In this document: positions 1-11,415 of the stretch, piece by piece
How the letters are laid out: every line of letters starts with the position of its first letter
How positions within the stretch are numbered: position 1 is the stretch's first letter
Origin: Octopus vulgaris
Lineage: Eukaryota
DNA: 64,000 bases
NCBI GenBank assembly: GCA_951406725.2
Contig: CATOCA020000002.1
Coordinates: 806,001 to 870,000 of the forward strand
Reading direction: 5' to 3'
The notes under the pieces: generated by a model
Seen by the model: the letters and a program-made list of their open reading frames with translations, nothing else
Databases searched by the model: none
Told to the model about the DNA's origin: nothing
Position numbers and translations under genes: made by a program

Positions 1-1051
1 TTGGTGAGACCTAAAGTTCGAAGGTCGTGCTTCCTAAGAAGGAAAGGTATGTAGGCCACAGGTTATGTTCTCACGCACAACATACTTCTATAGGTCTCGG
101 TCTCTAGTCATTTCCTTGGTGTGACCTAAAGTTCGAAGGTTGTGCTTCACCACCTTGTCCCATGTTTTCCTGGGTCTACCTCTTCCACAGGTTCCCTCAA
201 CTGCTAGGGTGTGGCACTTTCGCACACAACTATCTTCAGCCATTCTCGTCACATGACCATACCAGCGCAAACGTCTCTCTTGCACACCACAACTGATGCT
301 TCTTAGGTCCAACTTTTCACTCAAAGTACTTACACTCTGTCGATTATGAACACTGACATTACACATCCATCGGAGCATACTGGCTTCATTTCTTGCGAGA
401 TTACGCAAATCCTCAGCTGTCACAGCCCATGTTTCACTACCATGTAGCATGGCTGTTCGTACACATGCATCGTACAGTCTGCCTTTTACTCTGAGCGAGA
501 GGCCTTTTGTCACCAGCAGGGGTAAGAGCTCTCTAAACTTTGCCCAGGCTATTCTTACTCTAGCAGTTACACTTTCAGCACAGGTAGCGGAAGCTATCAA
601 CTACTTTTAGTTTTTCTCCCTGGAACGTGGTAGAAGTTGGTCTCTGCATATTTTCAGAGTTTATTGCTCCTGAGCATCTGCCACAGATAAAAACTATTTT
701 CCTAGTTAGTCTTCCTTTGACATTACTACACCTCTTATGTGTCCATAGCTTACACTTGGTGCACCTTATAGAGTTTCTACCTATGCCTTTTTTACAGATC
801 AAGCAGGGCCATCTACCTGAAGGCGTTTGTGATTGGTCTACCTTCCTACTTATTAGGACTTTGGTTTTGGCTAGGTTGATTCTAAGGCCCATCGATTCTA
901 AACTTTGCTTCCATACCTGAAACTTCTCCTCCAGTTCTGATAGAGACTCAGCAATTAGAGCAAGGTCATCAGCATAGAGGAGCTCCCAGGGGCATCCTGT
1001 CTTGAATTCCTCCGTTATTGCTTGGAGGACTATGATAAATAGGAGGGGGGT
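1..1051 (-). mobile_element. RTE-clade LINE, 5'-truncated 3' part (RT with Cys-rich PHD-like insertion), frameshifted
   Basis: ORFs 575-1069 (ELLYADDLAL RT motif; CxxC...CxxC..WTHKRC..CGRC) and 88-600 (HGSETW, RRLRWYGHV, GRGRPRKTW, typical RTE C-terminus). Confidence 0.9.
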
Positions 1052-1067
1052 GTATATATATGTATGC

Positions 1068-1084
<17 letters not shown>

Positions 1085-1103
<19 letters not shown>

Positions 1104-1265
1104 AGTTCACTAAAAATTTAGATTCAGTTTAATATGGTACTTTAGTTAAAGGCACCAGAATTTGGTATGGTATTATCCATATAATTCAAAATGGGGTGAT
1201 TATAATCAAAATAAGCAACAAAGATATCCAGAGGTAATGCAGTACGATCATTCGTGATCATTCGT
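1085..1265. repeat. Fragment of a repeat family related to 29340-29470 (Penelope-like/hammerhead-associated), adjacent to (TA)n
   Basis: tatAATCAAAATAAGcAACA...GTGCA(g/a)TACGA similarity to 29420-29465; starts right after a (TA)n tract. Confidence 0.4.
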
Positions 1266-2499
1266 CTTTTGGTTTCCTGTAGCTTTGCTCTCTTTTACAA
1301 ACCCAGTGAACATATATTTCCTATTTCAAAGAAATTTAGACAATAGATATATGAACCAAGTTAAAAAGATTATCAACAATTCAACTTCTCTGGGTGATAT
1401 TAAGATGCCCACCTCCAACAGGAGCCTTAACTCTCACATTTTAGAGCTCCATGACCATCATTTTTCAGGAGCAAAATCTTTTTAACAGGTTCAATAAGAA
1501 TGGAATTTTGGAATATGCAGATAAAAATAAGTAGTATGAGATACATGTGGAACGATTACATTTATTTTTTGGGTGTGTAAAGAGGGAAATAACCCTCATC
1601 TGCAATTTTGATGAAATTCGAAACAGATATTCCAGTTCATTACAGAAAATATAACAGAAAAGTCTAATTCTTCAATTGCATCTAACACGGGCAACGCCAG
1701 GTATCTCTGCTAGTTAATATATATATGTATATCATAAAGAAGAAGAGATGACTCAAGAAAAACAGTGGTAACATCATGGGCTTACCACTGTTTCTGCTAT
1801 AAGTCTGAGTTCCCTGTGGCATGGCATTTCTTTTGCTCTTGCATAGCGTTTGCACACAGATTTTTGTGTTTTCACCAGGCGTTATATACATGTTCCTAAT
1901 ACTTCTTTCAATCGTGTTTTAACTTTCACTGATATCATATATCCCACTTCCTATATTTGTTTTGACACCTAGATAAACTGTATTCAGCTTATAAGACCTC
2001 ACTTGTTTGTTATCCTAATGAATTGAGACTGAGGTATCATGAAAGTCACTTTTTGCGTCCACTTGCCAGAATAGGACAATTGGGCACTGATGATTTTGCT
2101 ACTACTAATTAGACAATGAACCCGTTTTCATGATAGCCTATTTGAAACCATTACATTTTGGTGAAGAGAGAATTAGAAAATTCTCCCACATTAAAGCAGA
2201 GAGAAAGTGAGAAATTAAATGAACCTGATTTCTACTAATATATACACTTAAAGGAAACATGCACGCAGGAAGAAATTGAAAGAAACAATGTAGTCTGATG
2301 GAATTGTTAAAAGGAGTTATCTACCTTATGTTCCATCGTGTACATTTTTCCCTTGCTTTATTCTTATTAATTTCTATATCATTGGACATTTGCATATTTC
2401 AAGGTGTTCAGGTTAAATTTGACAGATTACATGAAAAGAAAAGAAAACAATATCCCATTCCCAGAATAGAAAGTATTTTTTTAAATATCAAAAAAGTTT

Positions 2500-3110
2500 C
2501 AACTAGATTGTGGCTGGAAGATGAGAGTTTACTGTCCTCAGCCTCCACAGTGGCCTCAAGATTGCTGCTGAACTTTGTGTATGCATTCTTCACTCTGTCC
2601 TTGCGAAATTCTTTGAATTCCTCTTTGATCTTGCCCTTGGTGTTGCAAGGAGAGCTGTTGATGCCATGCTCACACAGTAATCCATGGAATTAGAATTGGG
2701 AGGCCAAAAATTGGAGCAGCTGATACTTAGAAATTCTCCAACAACCAATTCTGACTCTTTCTGGAGGTATGACAGGGAGCAGAATCCTACTGCCTTCCAG
2801 CAACAACCCTCTCCTGCCAGCTCTGAATTGAGCCTAAGTCCCTGTTTAAAGATTTGCAGATTAATTCCAGTGTGCAGATACAGTCAGATACAGACACAGC
2901 TTCATAGTTTATGTTGCATCTGTCCATCTCCTGTCTTAATCGTCTTTGCAGTGTTCGAAGAATATTGAGCAGCAGTCCTGATGTTGGCATTTTGATACCT
3001 GGCACAATCAACATGATACAGGTATCTCTTTTCCAATATTCAGATGGCTTCCAGTTCTCCATGTCAGCTAACTCTTTCCTGACTACAACTTTGATCTTTG
3101 TGCTCTCCAA
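2500..3110 (-). mobile_element. Decayed Tc1/mariner-superfamily (maT/DD37D-like) transposase remnant
   Basis: Minus-strand translation gives DSAPCHTSRKSQNWLLENF, NFWPPNS.. and KNAYTKFSSNLEATVEAED, matching the Tc1/mariner catalytic and C-terminal region; many frameshifts. Confidence 0.7.
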
Positions 3111-3111
3111 C

Positions 3112-3340
3112 ACTTATTTCTTTACTGCCCACAAGGGGCTAAACACAGAGAGGACAAACAAGGACACACATGGATTAAGTCGATTACATCCCATCCAGTG
3201 CGTAACTGGTACTTAATTTATCGACCCCGAAAGGATGAAAGGCAAAGTCGACCTTGGCGGAATTTGAACTCAGAACGTAACGGCAGACGAAATACCGCTA
3301 AACATTTCGCCCAGCGTGCTAACGTTTCTGCCTGCTCTCC
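3112..3340 (-). mobile_element. tRNA-derived SINE
   Basis: Minus strand has A-box-like GGCAGAAACGTTAGC, B-box-like GAGTTCAAATTCC and core GTCGACTTTGCCTTTCATCCTTTCGGGGTCGATAAATTAAGTACCAG; further copies at ~10500-10790, 22510-22640 (+) and 24550-24695. Confidence 0.8.
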
Positions 3341-4372
3341 AACACTGTTGACTGTTCACCAAAACATCAACCTGCTCTTGAAAAAAAACAAACAGTATTG
3401 TAATCAACAATAGGCTGCCTCTGAATGACTGTTTGTACAGTCTTCCCCATTTATGTTCTTTGGTAAAGATTCCGTATTTAAGGGAGAAACAGAGCAGCTT
3501 ATCTTTCACTTCATCTGTTTGAATGACCAACATGTGTATCTTCAAACCAATTAAGTAAAGCATGAAGTTCTTGTGGCATCTCTGTCATAAGAACAATAAC
3601 TTGTTTTTGCTTTCAACACAGTATCTGGATCAGTGTTTTATAGACAAGTGGAATCCAGTTGAGCCAATGCTTTTGCAAATTTGGTACTAAATGAAATGTA
3701 AAAAAAAAAATTATGTAAATGTGTAGCTTGTTCAAAGTTGCACACGATTGAGGTAGGTCTCAAAATTTGGTTCACTTCCTTTCAACTATTTGAACATTCT
3801 CATGTATATAGGGTATTGTTTGTTTGGCAAAAGAGCATACACTATAGGGTGAACTCCATTATACATAAATTTGAGAAAAGAGGCTGGAGTGACACTGAAT
3901 GTACCATCTGCAACCCACATATCAAATGACTCTATATGTTGGTGCCAGCTCACTTTTCTGAAGATTAAAATCTAATTGGGGTTTGGTTCACTTGAGAGAT
4001 ATGTATTTTGTATTCTTTTGGCAAAACTAATTACTGTAAATTGGCTAGATTAGCCTGTGATATGTTGTTAAACATTCACTTTAACTACAGTCAGGGACCC
4101 AAGAGTCTCTGCTGCTCTTTTATTGTTTTAGCTTTGTTATAAAATATGCTACTTTATGTACCAGTGAAGCTTCATGTAAATGGAAATTTAACATTTTTAC
4201 TATCTCTCCAGCTTTTGTATGTGGTCTTGCTTAGCATTGATTTCTCTGCTTGCAGTATCAAAATTTCAATTCATAGTCAACTTTGCTTACTTTGTCAAAG
4301 TTGTATAGAAATCCATTGTGAGAAAATTTTTCTATTCTATGTTTTTTTCAATATTTCTCCAGCCATCATATA

Positions 4373-4444
<72 letters not shown>

Positions 4445-4672
4445 TAATTAATCAATATAGGGTGGCAAAAAAAATTTTGTAGAATTCTTTTGCCACCAGC
4501 GGCCTAGTGGGAAAAAATTAAATAGTCATAAACCATTTTTAAGTTCAACATCACAATCAAGGAACGGCCATAATAGGCCATTCACCCACTAGAAATAACA
4601 GCCAAAAGCTTTAACCGCAAAATAACGTCAATTCCGTAAACCAGGAGAAAATTAAAAAACATTTACCCTGTA

Positions 4673-4779
4673 ATTTCTTAGACGATGCACCGTTTCATCT
4701 ACTGTTTAATGGAAAACTAACCTGATTAAATTAAATCAAGCCAATCTACCATAGGCCCTTAGATTCATCAGTAAGAAAT
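4673..4779 (-). ncRNA. Type I hammerhead ribozyme (copy 1)
   Basis: Minus: AUUUCUUA-CUGAUGA-AUCUA..(long stem II)..UAGAU-GAAA-CGGUGCAUCG-UC/UAAGAAAU; 8-bp stem I, intact core, GUC cleavage triplet. Confidence 0.85.
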
Positions 4780-5165
4780 AGCCAAGCCGGAACAGATATT
4801 TTTCACGAGGCATTCTCGTTGCTACCTCGTCAATATCTGACCTAAAATTTTCAAATCGTCGCACTCGCGCATCAAATTTATCGGCAGCAAATAAATATAA
4901 GCCGCCGATTCCATTACGGAATTAACCAGAAAATTCATAATTAATCAATATAGGGTGGCAAAAAAAATTTTGTAGAATTCTTTTGCCACCAGCGGCCTAG
5001 TGGGAAAAAATTAAATAGTCATAAACCATTTTTAAGTTCAACATCACAATCAAGGAACGGCCATAATAGGCCATTCACCCACTAGAAATAACAGCCAAAA
5101 GCTTTAACCGCAAAATAACGTCAATTCCGTAAACCAGGAGAAAATTAAAAAACATTTACCCTGTA

Positions 5166-5272
5166 ATTTCTTAGACGATGCACCGTTTCATCTACTGTTT
5201 AATGGAAAACTAACCTGATTAAATTAAATCAAGCCAATCTACCATAGGCCCTTAGATTCATCAGTAAGAAAT
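5166..5272 (-). ncRNA. Type I hammerhead ribozyme (copy 2)
   Basis: Identical to 4673-4779. Confidence 0.85.
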
Positions 5273-5911
5273 AGCCAAGCCGGAACAGATATTTTTCACG
5301 AGGCATTCTCGTTGCTACCTCGTCAATATCTGACCTAAAATTTTCAAATCGTCGCACTCGCGCCAAATTTATCGGCAGCAAATAAATATAAGCCGCCGAT
5401 TCCATTACGGAATTAACCAGAAAATTCATAATTAATCAATATAGGGTGGCAAAAAAAATTTTGTAGAATTCTTTTGCCACCAGCAGCCTAGTGGGAAAAA
5501 ATTAAATAGTCATAAACCATTTTTAAGTTCAACATCACAATCAAGGAACGGCCATTTTTTTTTGCCACCCTATATTGATTAATTATGAATTTTCTGGTTA
5601 ATTCCGTAATGGAATCGGTTACATAGCTTATTTGCTGTTATTTATAGACTGGATGAAAATAGAACATTTGAAATTATGGCCGTTCCTTGATTGTGATGTT
5701 TCTAAGGGCCTATGGTAGATTGGCTTGATTTAATTTAATCAGGTTAGTTTTCCATTAAACAGTAGATGAAACGGTGCATCGTCTAAGAAATTACAGGGTA
5801 AATGTTTTTTAATTTTCTCCTGGTTTACGGAATTGACGTTATTTTGCGGTTAAAGCTTTTGGCTGTTATTTCTAGTGGGTGAATGGCCTATTATGGCCGT
5901 TCCTTGATTGT

Positions 5912-5946
<35 letters not shown>

Positions 5947-6299
5947 TCACACAAAAAGTGAGGCAGAAAGCCAAATGAAGTTTAGTAGTCAAGTAGTTTG
6001 TTTACAAGTTGTCAACTAGAATAAAAACAAAATTTTCATGGTGTCAAAAGGCCATGGGGATAAAACATCTTATGCCAGATAAGCCACAAATAGGCAGGGT
6101 AAAACTGGTCAAAACATCCCATACTTGCTCATATATTGGCTTGTATTACAGTCCTCATAAATCGGTATACCTTTAAGCATTATCATTCTGCCCCTCACTA
6201 CAGATTGTGGTACTATCAGATGCATTGATTATTGCATTGAAGCTAGTATACTTTGCTGGATGTGCATGTACAACAGAGAGTAAGCATCTTGAGAGAAAA

Positions 6300-6955
6300 G
6301 AAGGGCTGATCTCTGGAGGAAGACATGGGATGAGATGGTGAAGCATGATCTTCGAACGTTGGACCTCATGGAAGCAATGGCTAGTGACCAAGACCTTTGG
6401 CGATATGCCATGCTTGAGGAGACCTGTGAAGCTAAGTGAAATTGTAATCATGGTCAATGCCAGTGTCACATAAATGGCATGTAAAAAGCACCTTTTGAGT
6501 GTTGGGCCTCAGGGAGGCATCTGGTACCTATGCTGGTGGCACATAAAAAGCATCTGTTGAGCGTTGGGCCTCAGGGAAGCAATGTGTCGAATGCCAGTGT
6601 CACATGGATGGTACTTGTGCTGGTGGAACATAAAAAGCACCTTTTGAGCGGCCTCAAAGAGGCAATGACATGACCGGCACTTTTGTCAATATGCCATGCT
6701 TTAGAAGACCCATCAAACCAAGTGAGATCGCAGTTGTGGTGGATACTGGTGTCGTCCAACTGGCACCTGTGCCAGTGGCACATAAATGTACCCATTACAC
6801 TCTGTGAGTGGTTGATGTTAGGAAGGGCATCCAGACATAGAAACCATGCCAAATCAGACCAGAGTCTGGTGCAGTCCCTCAGCTTGCCAGCCCTGGTCAA
6901 ACCATCCAACCCATGCCAGCATTGTCAATGGACATTAAATGATGATGATGATGTC
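6300..6955 (+). mobile_element. RTE LINE 3' end fragment with (GAT)n tail
   Basis: RKTWDEMVKHDLRTL remnant, internally repetitive 3'UTR, ends CCAACCCATGCCAGC..TAAATGATGATGATG; similar tails at ~10050, 16190, 42640 (+) and 49205, 61277 (-). Confidence 0.8.
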
Positions 6956-7466
6956 AGTACAGACTGAAAATGCTTCTTATCATAGTTCATTCTGTCCTTT
7001 AATTAAATTTTTGGCATTTCTTTTAAATATCTTCATTATTTAGTTAATTTGAAGCTATGAAGCTATCTTTTATAAGCTTTTGTTGATGATCAACTGATGT
7101 GGCTGGTATTTGGGATACCCACATATGTTTGTATGTATTGTGTATATTATCTCTACAATTATTTGAAGTTGAGTCTTCACTCTGAATATTCAGTTTTCTC
7201 GTTTCTGTTTATTACACTGAAATTCAAACTCAGCTGTGAATGAACTTTACCTACTTCTAATAAGGAATTTATTTTCCCCTCATTTGCCTATTCACTGGCA
7301 TACACACTCATAATTTTTTGCCAACATTTCGTATCAGTTCTAATATACATCTTGGTGTAAATTTGGTTAGACTTAATAATTTTTGTGTAGGTTAATAAAT
7401 TTAATGAAAGAAAAAGTGTTTATGTCATTAACCTCCTGTACTATATTTCTTTTGCAACTCTACAAG

Positions 7467-7556
7467 CCCTCAAATTAGCAGTAGTCATCTCAGTAGCAGT
7501 TTAAGCCGCAGACCATTGAACAACAGAGCTGATCAAGACCAAAGCAGCTACACAAG
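7467..7556 (+). CDS. Internal coding exon (90 nt, phase 2-2) of a gene encoding a Ser-rich tail-anchored protein (LEM/LAP2-emerin-like by inference)
   Basis: Pyrimidine-rich ...TCTACAAG acceptor and AG|GTAAAT donor; open frame PQISSSHLSSSLSRRPLNNRADQDQSSYT; joins in frame to 11253. Confidence 0.7.
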
Positions 7557-7784
7557 GTAAATTATCTTTACAAATTTATCTTCCACTTTCTGTTGTCATG
7601 ATATTATGAATATCATGACAACAGAACTAAAGAACTAGTGAAAAATTTCGTCAATGGGGGAATATCAGCTAACATCAATTAAATTTTTTTTTTGCTAGCT
7701 CAAACTTTACATTGCAAAGTGCAGAATGTAAACATTTACATACACTATAGGGTGAACATATACATGTGAATGTCTTTTTATGGT

Positions 7785-9533
7785 GAGTGTCAGCTATAGC
7801 CTAGTCACTTGTATAGTTAACTAGGTGATACATGAAGGAGTCATACCCAATGACTGGTGCAGCAGCATAATAGTCAACTACTACAAAGGTAAAGGTGATG
7901 CTTTAGATACAAATAATTACAGAGGTATCAAGCTGTTGGGTCAGGTAATGAAGGTTACAGAGAGGTTCATAGCCCAACTGATTAGGGAGAGAGTCAGCTT
8001 GGATGAGATGCAGTTTGGTTTTGTGCCAGGGAAAAGCACCACTGATGCCATATTTCTGGTGAAACAGCTGCAGGAGAAATACCTAGCCAAAGATAAGGCA
8101 ATAACGGAGAAATTGAAGACAGGATGCCCCTGGGAGCTCCTATATGCTGATGACCTTGCTCTAATTGCTGAGTCACTATCAGAAGTAGAGGCAAAGTTTC
8201 AAGTGTGGAGACAAGGATTAGAATTGAAGGGCCTTAAAATCAGCCTAGCTAAAACCAAAGTCCTAATATGTAGGAAGGCAGGCAAATCACAAACGCCTTC
8301 AGGTAGATAGCCCTGCTCGATCAGTAGAAAAGGCGTAGGTAGAAACTCTATAAGATGCACCAAATGTAAGCTATGGATACATAAGAGGTGCAGCAATGTC
8401 AAAGGAAGACTAACTAGGAAAATAGTTTTTGTATGTGGCAGATGCTCAGGAGCAATAAACACTGAAAATGCTCAGAGACCAACTTCCGCCACATTCCAGG
8501 GAGAAAAACTAGAAATTGTTGATAGCTTCCGTTACCTAGGTGACCAAGTCAGTAGCTGGGGCGGGTGTGCTGAAAGTGTAACTGCTAGAGTAAGAATAGC
8601 CTGGGCAAAGTTCAGAGAGCTCTTACCTCTGCTGGTGACAAAAGGCCTCTCGCTCAGAATAAAAGGCAGACTGTATGACACATGTGTACAAACAGCCATG
8701 CTACATGGCAGTGAAACTTGGGCCGTGACTGCTGAGGACATGCGTAAGCTCACAAGAAACGAAGCCAGTATGCTCCGATGGAAATGTAATGTTAGTGTTC
8801 ATACTCGACAGAGTGTAAGTACCTTGAGAGAAAAGTTGGATCTAAGAAGCATCAGTTGTGGTGTGCAAGAGAGACGTTTGCGCTGGTATGGTCATGTAGC
8901 GAGAATGGATGAAGATAGTTGTGTGGAAAAGTGCCACACCCTAGCGGTTGAGGGAACCTGTGGAAGAGGAAGATCCAGGAAAACCTGGGACAAGATGACC
9001 AGAGACCGAGACCTATGGAAGTATGCTGTGCGTGGGAAGACCCGGCAGGACAAGTGAGACCATAACCCATGGCCTCTACCTGGGATGTAGCCAGCCCATT
9101 TATGCATACCTTTCCTTCTTGTGACACAAACCCTACTTGTGAAGGCCTGTTGAGGCAAGTGAAAATCAAAATCAAAATCGAAATTGATCAACATCAATGG
9201 AAATTGTAGCTGTGATACCAGTGCCGATGGCACGTAAGAGACCATCCAAATGTGGCCGTTGCCAGCGCCGCCCCGACTGGCCTCCGTGCCGGTGGCACAT
9301 AAAATGCACCATCTGATTGTGGCCGTTGCCAGCCTCGTCTGGCACCTGTGCAGGTGGCACGTAAAAAGCACCCACTACACTCGCGGAGTGGTTGGCGTTA
9401 GGAAGGGCATTCAGCCGTAGAAACACTGCCAGATCAGACTGGGCCTGGCACAGCCTTCTGGCTTCCCAGACCCCAGTTGAACCGTCCAACCCATGCTAGC
9501 ATGGAAAATGGACGTTAAACGATGATGATGATG
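7785..9533 (+). mobile_element. RTE-clade LINE copy, 5'-truncated, with internal deletion and stop codon; full 3'UTR and (GAT)n tail
   Basis: ORF 7825-8310 (YKGKGDA..NYRGIKLL, QFGF, YADD; deletion at KYLAKDK|AITE), TAG replacing Trp at 8308-8310, ORF 8635-9057. Confidence 0.9.
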
Positions 9534-10055
9534 TTCAGTTGTGAATGTGGCTACAAATAGTGCCCAATATGAAGTAAATGCCCTTTACACAGGAAAAAAA
9601 AATATTAACATTGTCAACTCTTTTCCATGAAAGGATATTTTTATTTAAATCATATGCTGTACATTTTAAAATTTCTCAGTGCTTCAAAATATTTAAAATG
9701 TATATGTGAGCGAGTATGTGTGTGTGCATGCACTCTCACATGCACAAGAGTTAGGAATTCTGACAAAGCAAAACATCTCTCCTGCTCTTTATACCTATGA
9801 CTAGGGATTTTTTTTTAGCCAAAATATCAGGGTTATTTATAAGTTTTATCGCAAAAGTTTAATCTTTGTTTATATTTACTTAGCACCTATGCTGATACAA
9901 CGTAAAAAGTACATGCTGTCAAGTGGTTGGAAAGGGCATCCAACTGTAGAAATGAGGCAAAACAGATGATGTGAACTTGGTACTGCTTCCCAGCTCTGGC
10001 CAAACTGTCCAACCTGTGACAGCATAGAAAACAGACATTAAATGATGATGATGAT

Positions 10056-10212
10056 TGCAGTGGCTGTGTGGTAAGTAGCTTGCTTACCAACCACATGGTT
10101 CCGGGTTCAGCCCCACTGCGTGGCACATTGGGCAAGTGTCTCCTACTATAGCCCCGGGCCGACCAAAGCCTTGTAAGTGGATTTGGTAGACGGAAACTGA
10201 AAAAAGCATGTC

Positions 10213-10256
<44 letters not shown>

Positions 10257-10325
10257 GTTTGTGTGTCTGTGTTTGCCCCTCCCAACATCGCTTGACAATC
10301 AATGCTGTTGTGTTTATTTCCCCGT
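10056..10325 (+). mobile_element. tRNA-derived SINE (second family)
   Basis: TGGCTGTGTGGTAAG A-box, GGTTCAGCCCC B-box, TTGGGCAAGTG core; related copies at ~13700, 15285, 20700-20820 (-), 39750 (-), 47455 and 58700 (-). Confidence 0.8.
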
Positions 10326-11252
10326 CAAAAAATTGGGGTTTGGAGTTTGTGTGTGCATGTGAGTGAGAGATATAGAGATTGTCTGTTGTGACAGCCATAC
10401 TACTGCCCTACCCATCTCCATGCTGCAATAACAAAAAAGGAGGAGGAGGAGTGGGGTGAGTGAAGCAAGTCATGTGGGTCAACAATAATAAATTTTGGTA
10501 CAAGGTTAGCAATTTCAGGGGAAGGGGTAAGTCAATTACATCAATCTCAGTACGCAACTGGTATTTATTTTATCAACCATGAAATGTAAAGTCAACTTCA
10601 GCAGCAGTTTGAACTCAGAATGTTAAGACACAAAATGCTGCTAAGTTTTCAAAATAATTATAATCCTTTCTGCAATAGGAACAAAGACTGGATTTTCATG
10701 AGAAGGAGTAAGTTGATTATACTGACCCTAGTGCGTGGCTAGTACTTAATTTATCAACCCTGAAAGGATGAAAGGCAAAGTCTATCTCAACTGCAGGATA
10801 TGATTTAAACATTAGTTGCTGCTTCTAGAAAGTTGAGTGACTATATAAAGTTGCCTTCATTAGATTCTGTTGTTAATCTCAATGAAAACCAGAAAATGGA
10901 TTCAGTAGGAGTGCAACAATTGTTAATCTTTTTGTACTTAATGTGCTTTGCAGCATAATGATTGGGTTTAATGAGAATAGTACCTCCCCACATAGTATTG
11001 CATTGTTTTTTAGCCCAACATTTCCCTTATTGAGCAAACCTCTGAGCAAAATCCTTTTTACTATATCTCTCTCCTTAAGATGGTGAGGTTTCATTTAAAG
11101 GGGATTTAGCTGCCATTACTAGCATGTGGAGTGATTTAGCATTTTAACTACTCATTTAAAATTTTTTATAAAATATATTTACTTCATATTCATTGTTTCC
11201 TGCTTAACTTTGTTCATTAATTTGTATATATTTATTTACATTTTCTCCATAG

Positions 11253-11415
11253 TTTGCGTGAACCAGGAGTCTCCTCATCTGCTGTTCCTGCTAAAGCTGG
11301 CATGTCTTGGATTACAAAGCTCCTTATAATGATTGTGTTGGGTTTTATGTTGTGGATGATATTCATGAACTTTGAGTATCAACCTTCAGTACCTAGTCTA
11401 ACAAGTACCAATTAA
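11253..11415 (+). CDS. Terminal coding exon with C-terminal transmembrane helix (tail anchor; LAP2beta/emerin-like by inference)
   Basis: TTTTCTCCATAG acceptor; LREPGVSSSAVPAKAGMSWITKLLIMIVLGFMLWMIFMNFEYQPSVPSLTSTN* ; followed by AT-rich 3'UTR with AATAAA at ~11500 and ~12555. Confidence 0.75.

Larger units (their letters stand above)
4441..5914. repeat. Tandem array of ~491-493 bp units (2.3 direct copies, then inverted fragments) between (TA)n tracts; hammerhead-containing retrozyme/Penelope pLTR-like
   Basis: Unit starts TTCATAATTAATCAATATAGGGTGGC at 4441, 4934 and 5425; inverted pieces at 5555-5618 and ~5675-5914. Confidence 0.95.

Noticed and set aside
3340-3600. QEQVDVLVNS resembles a macro-domain motif
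   Set aside because: Too short, interrupted by a SINE, no supporting exons found
5229-5429. 66-aa ORF in the tandem unit
   Set aside because: Frameshifted in the neighbouring unit and not evidently preserved in family B; conservation is structural, not coding
4441-5554. CRISPR-like or simple satellite interpretation of the arrays
   Set aside because: Eukaryotic DNA, no unique spacers, units ~490 bp and no cas genes
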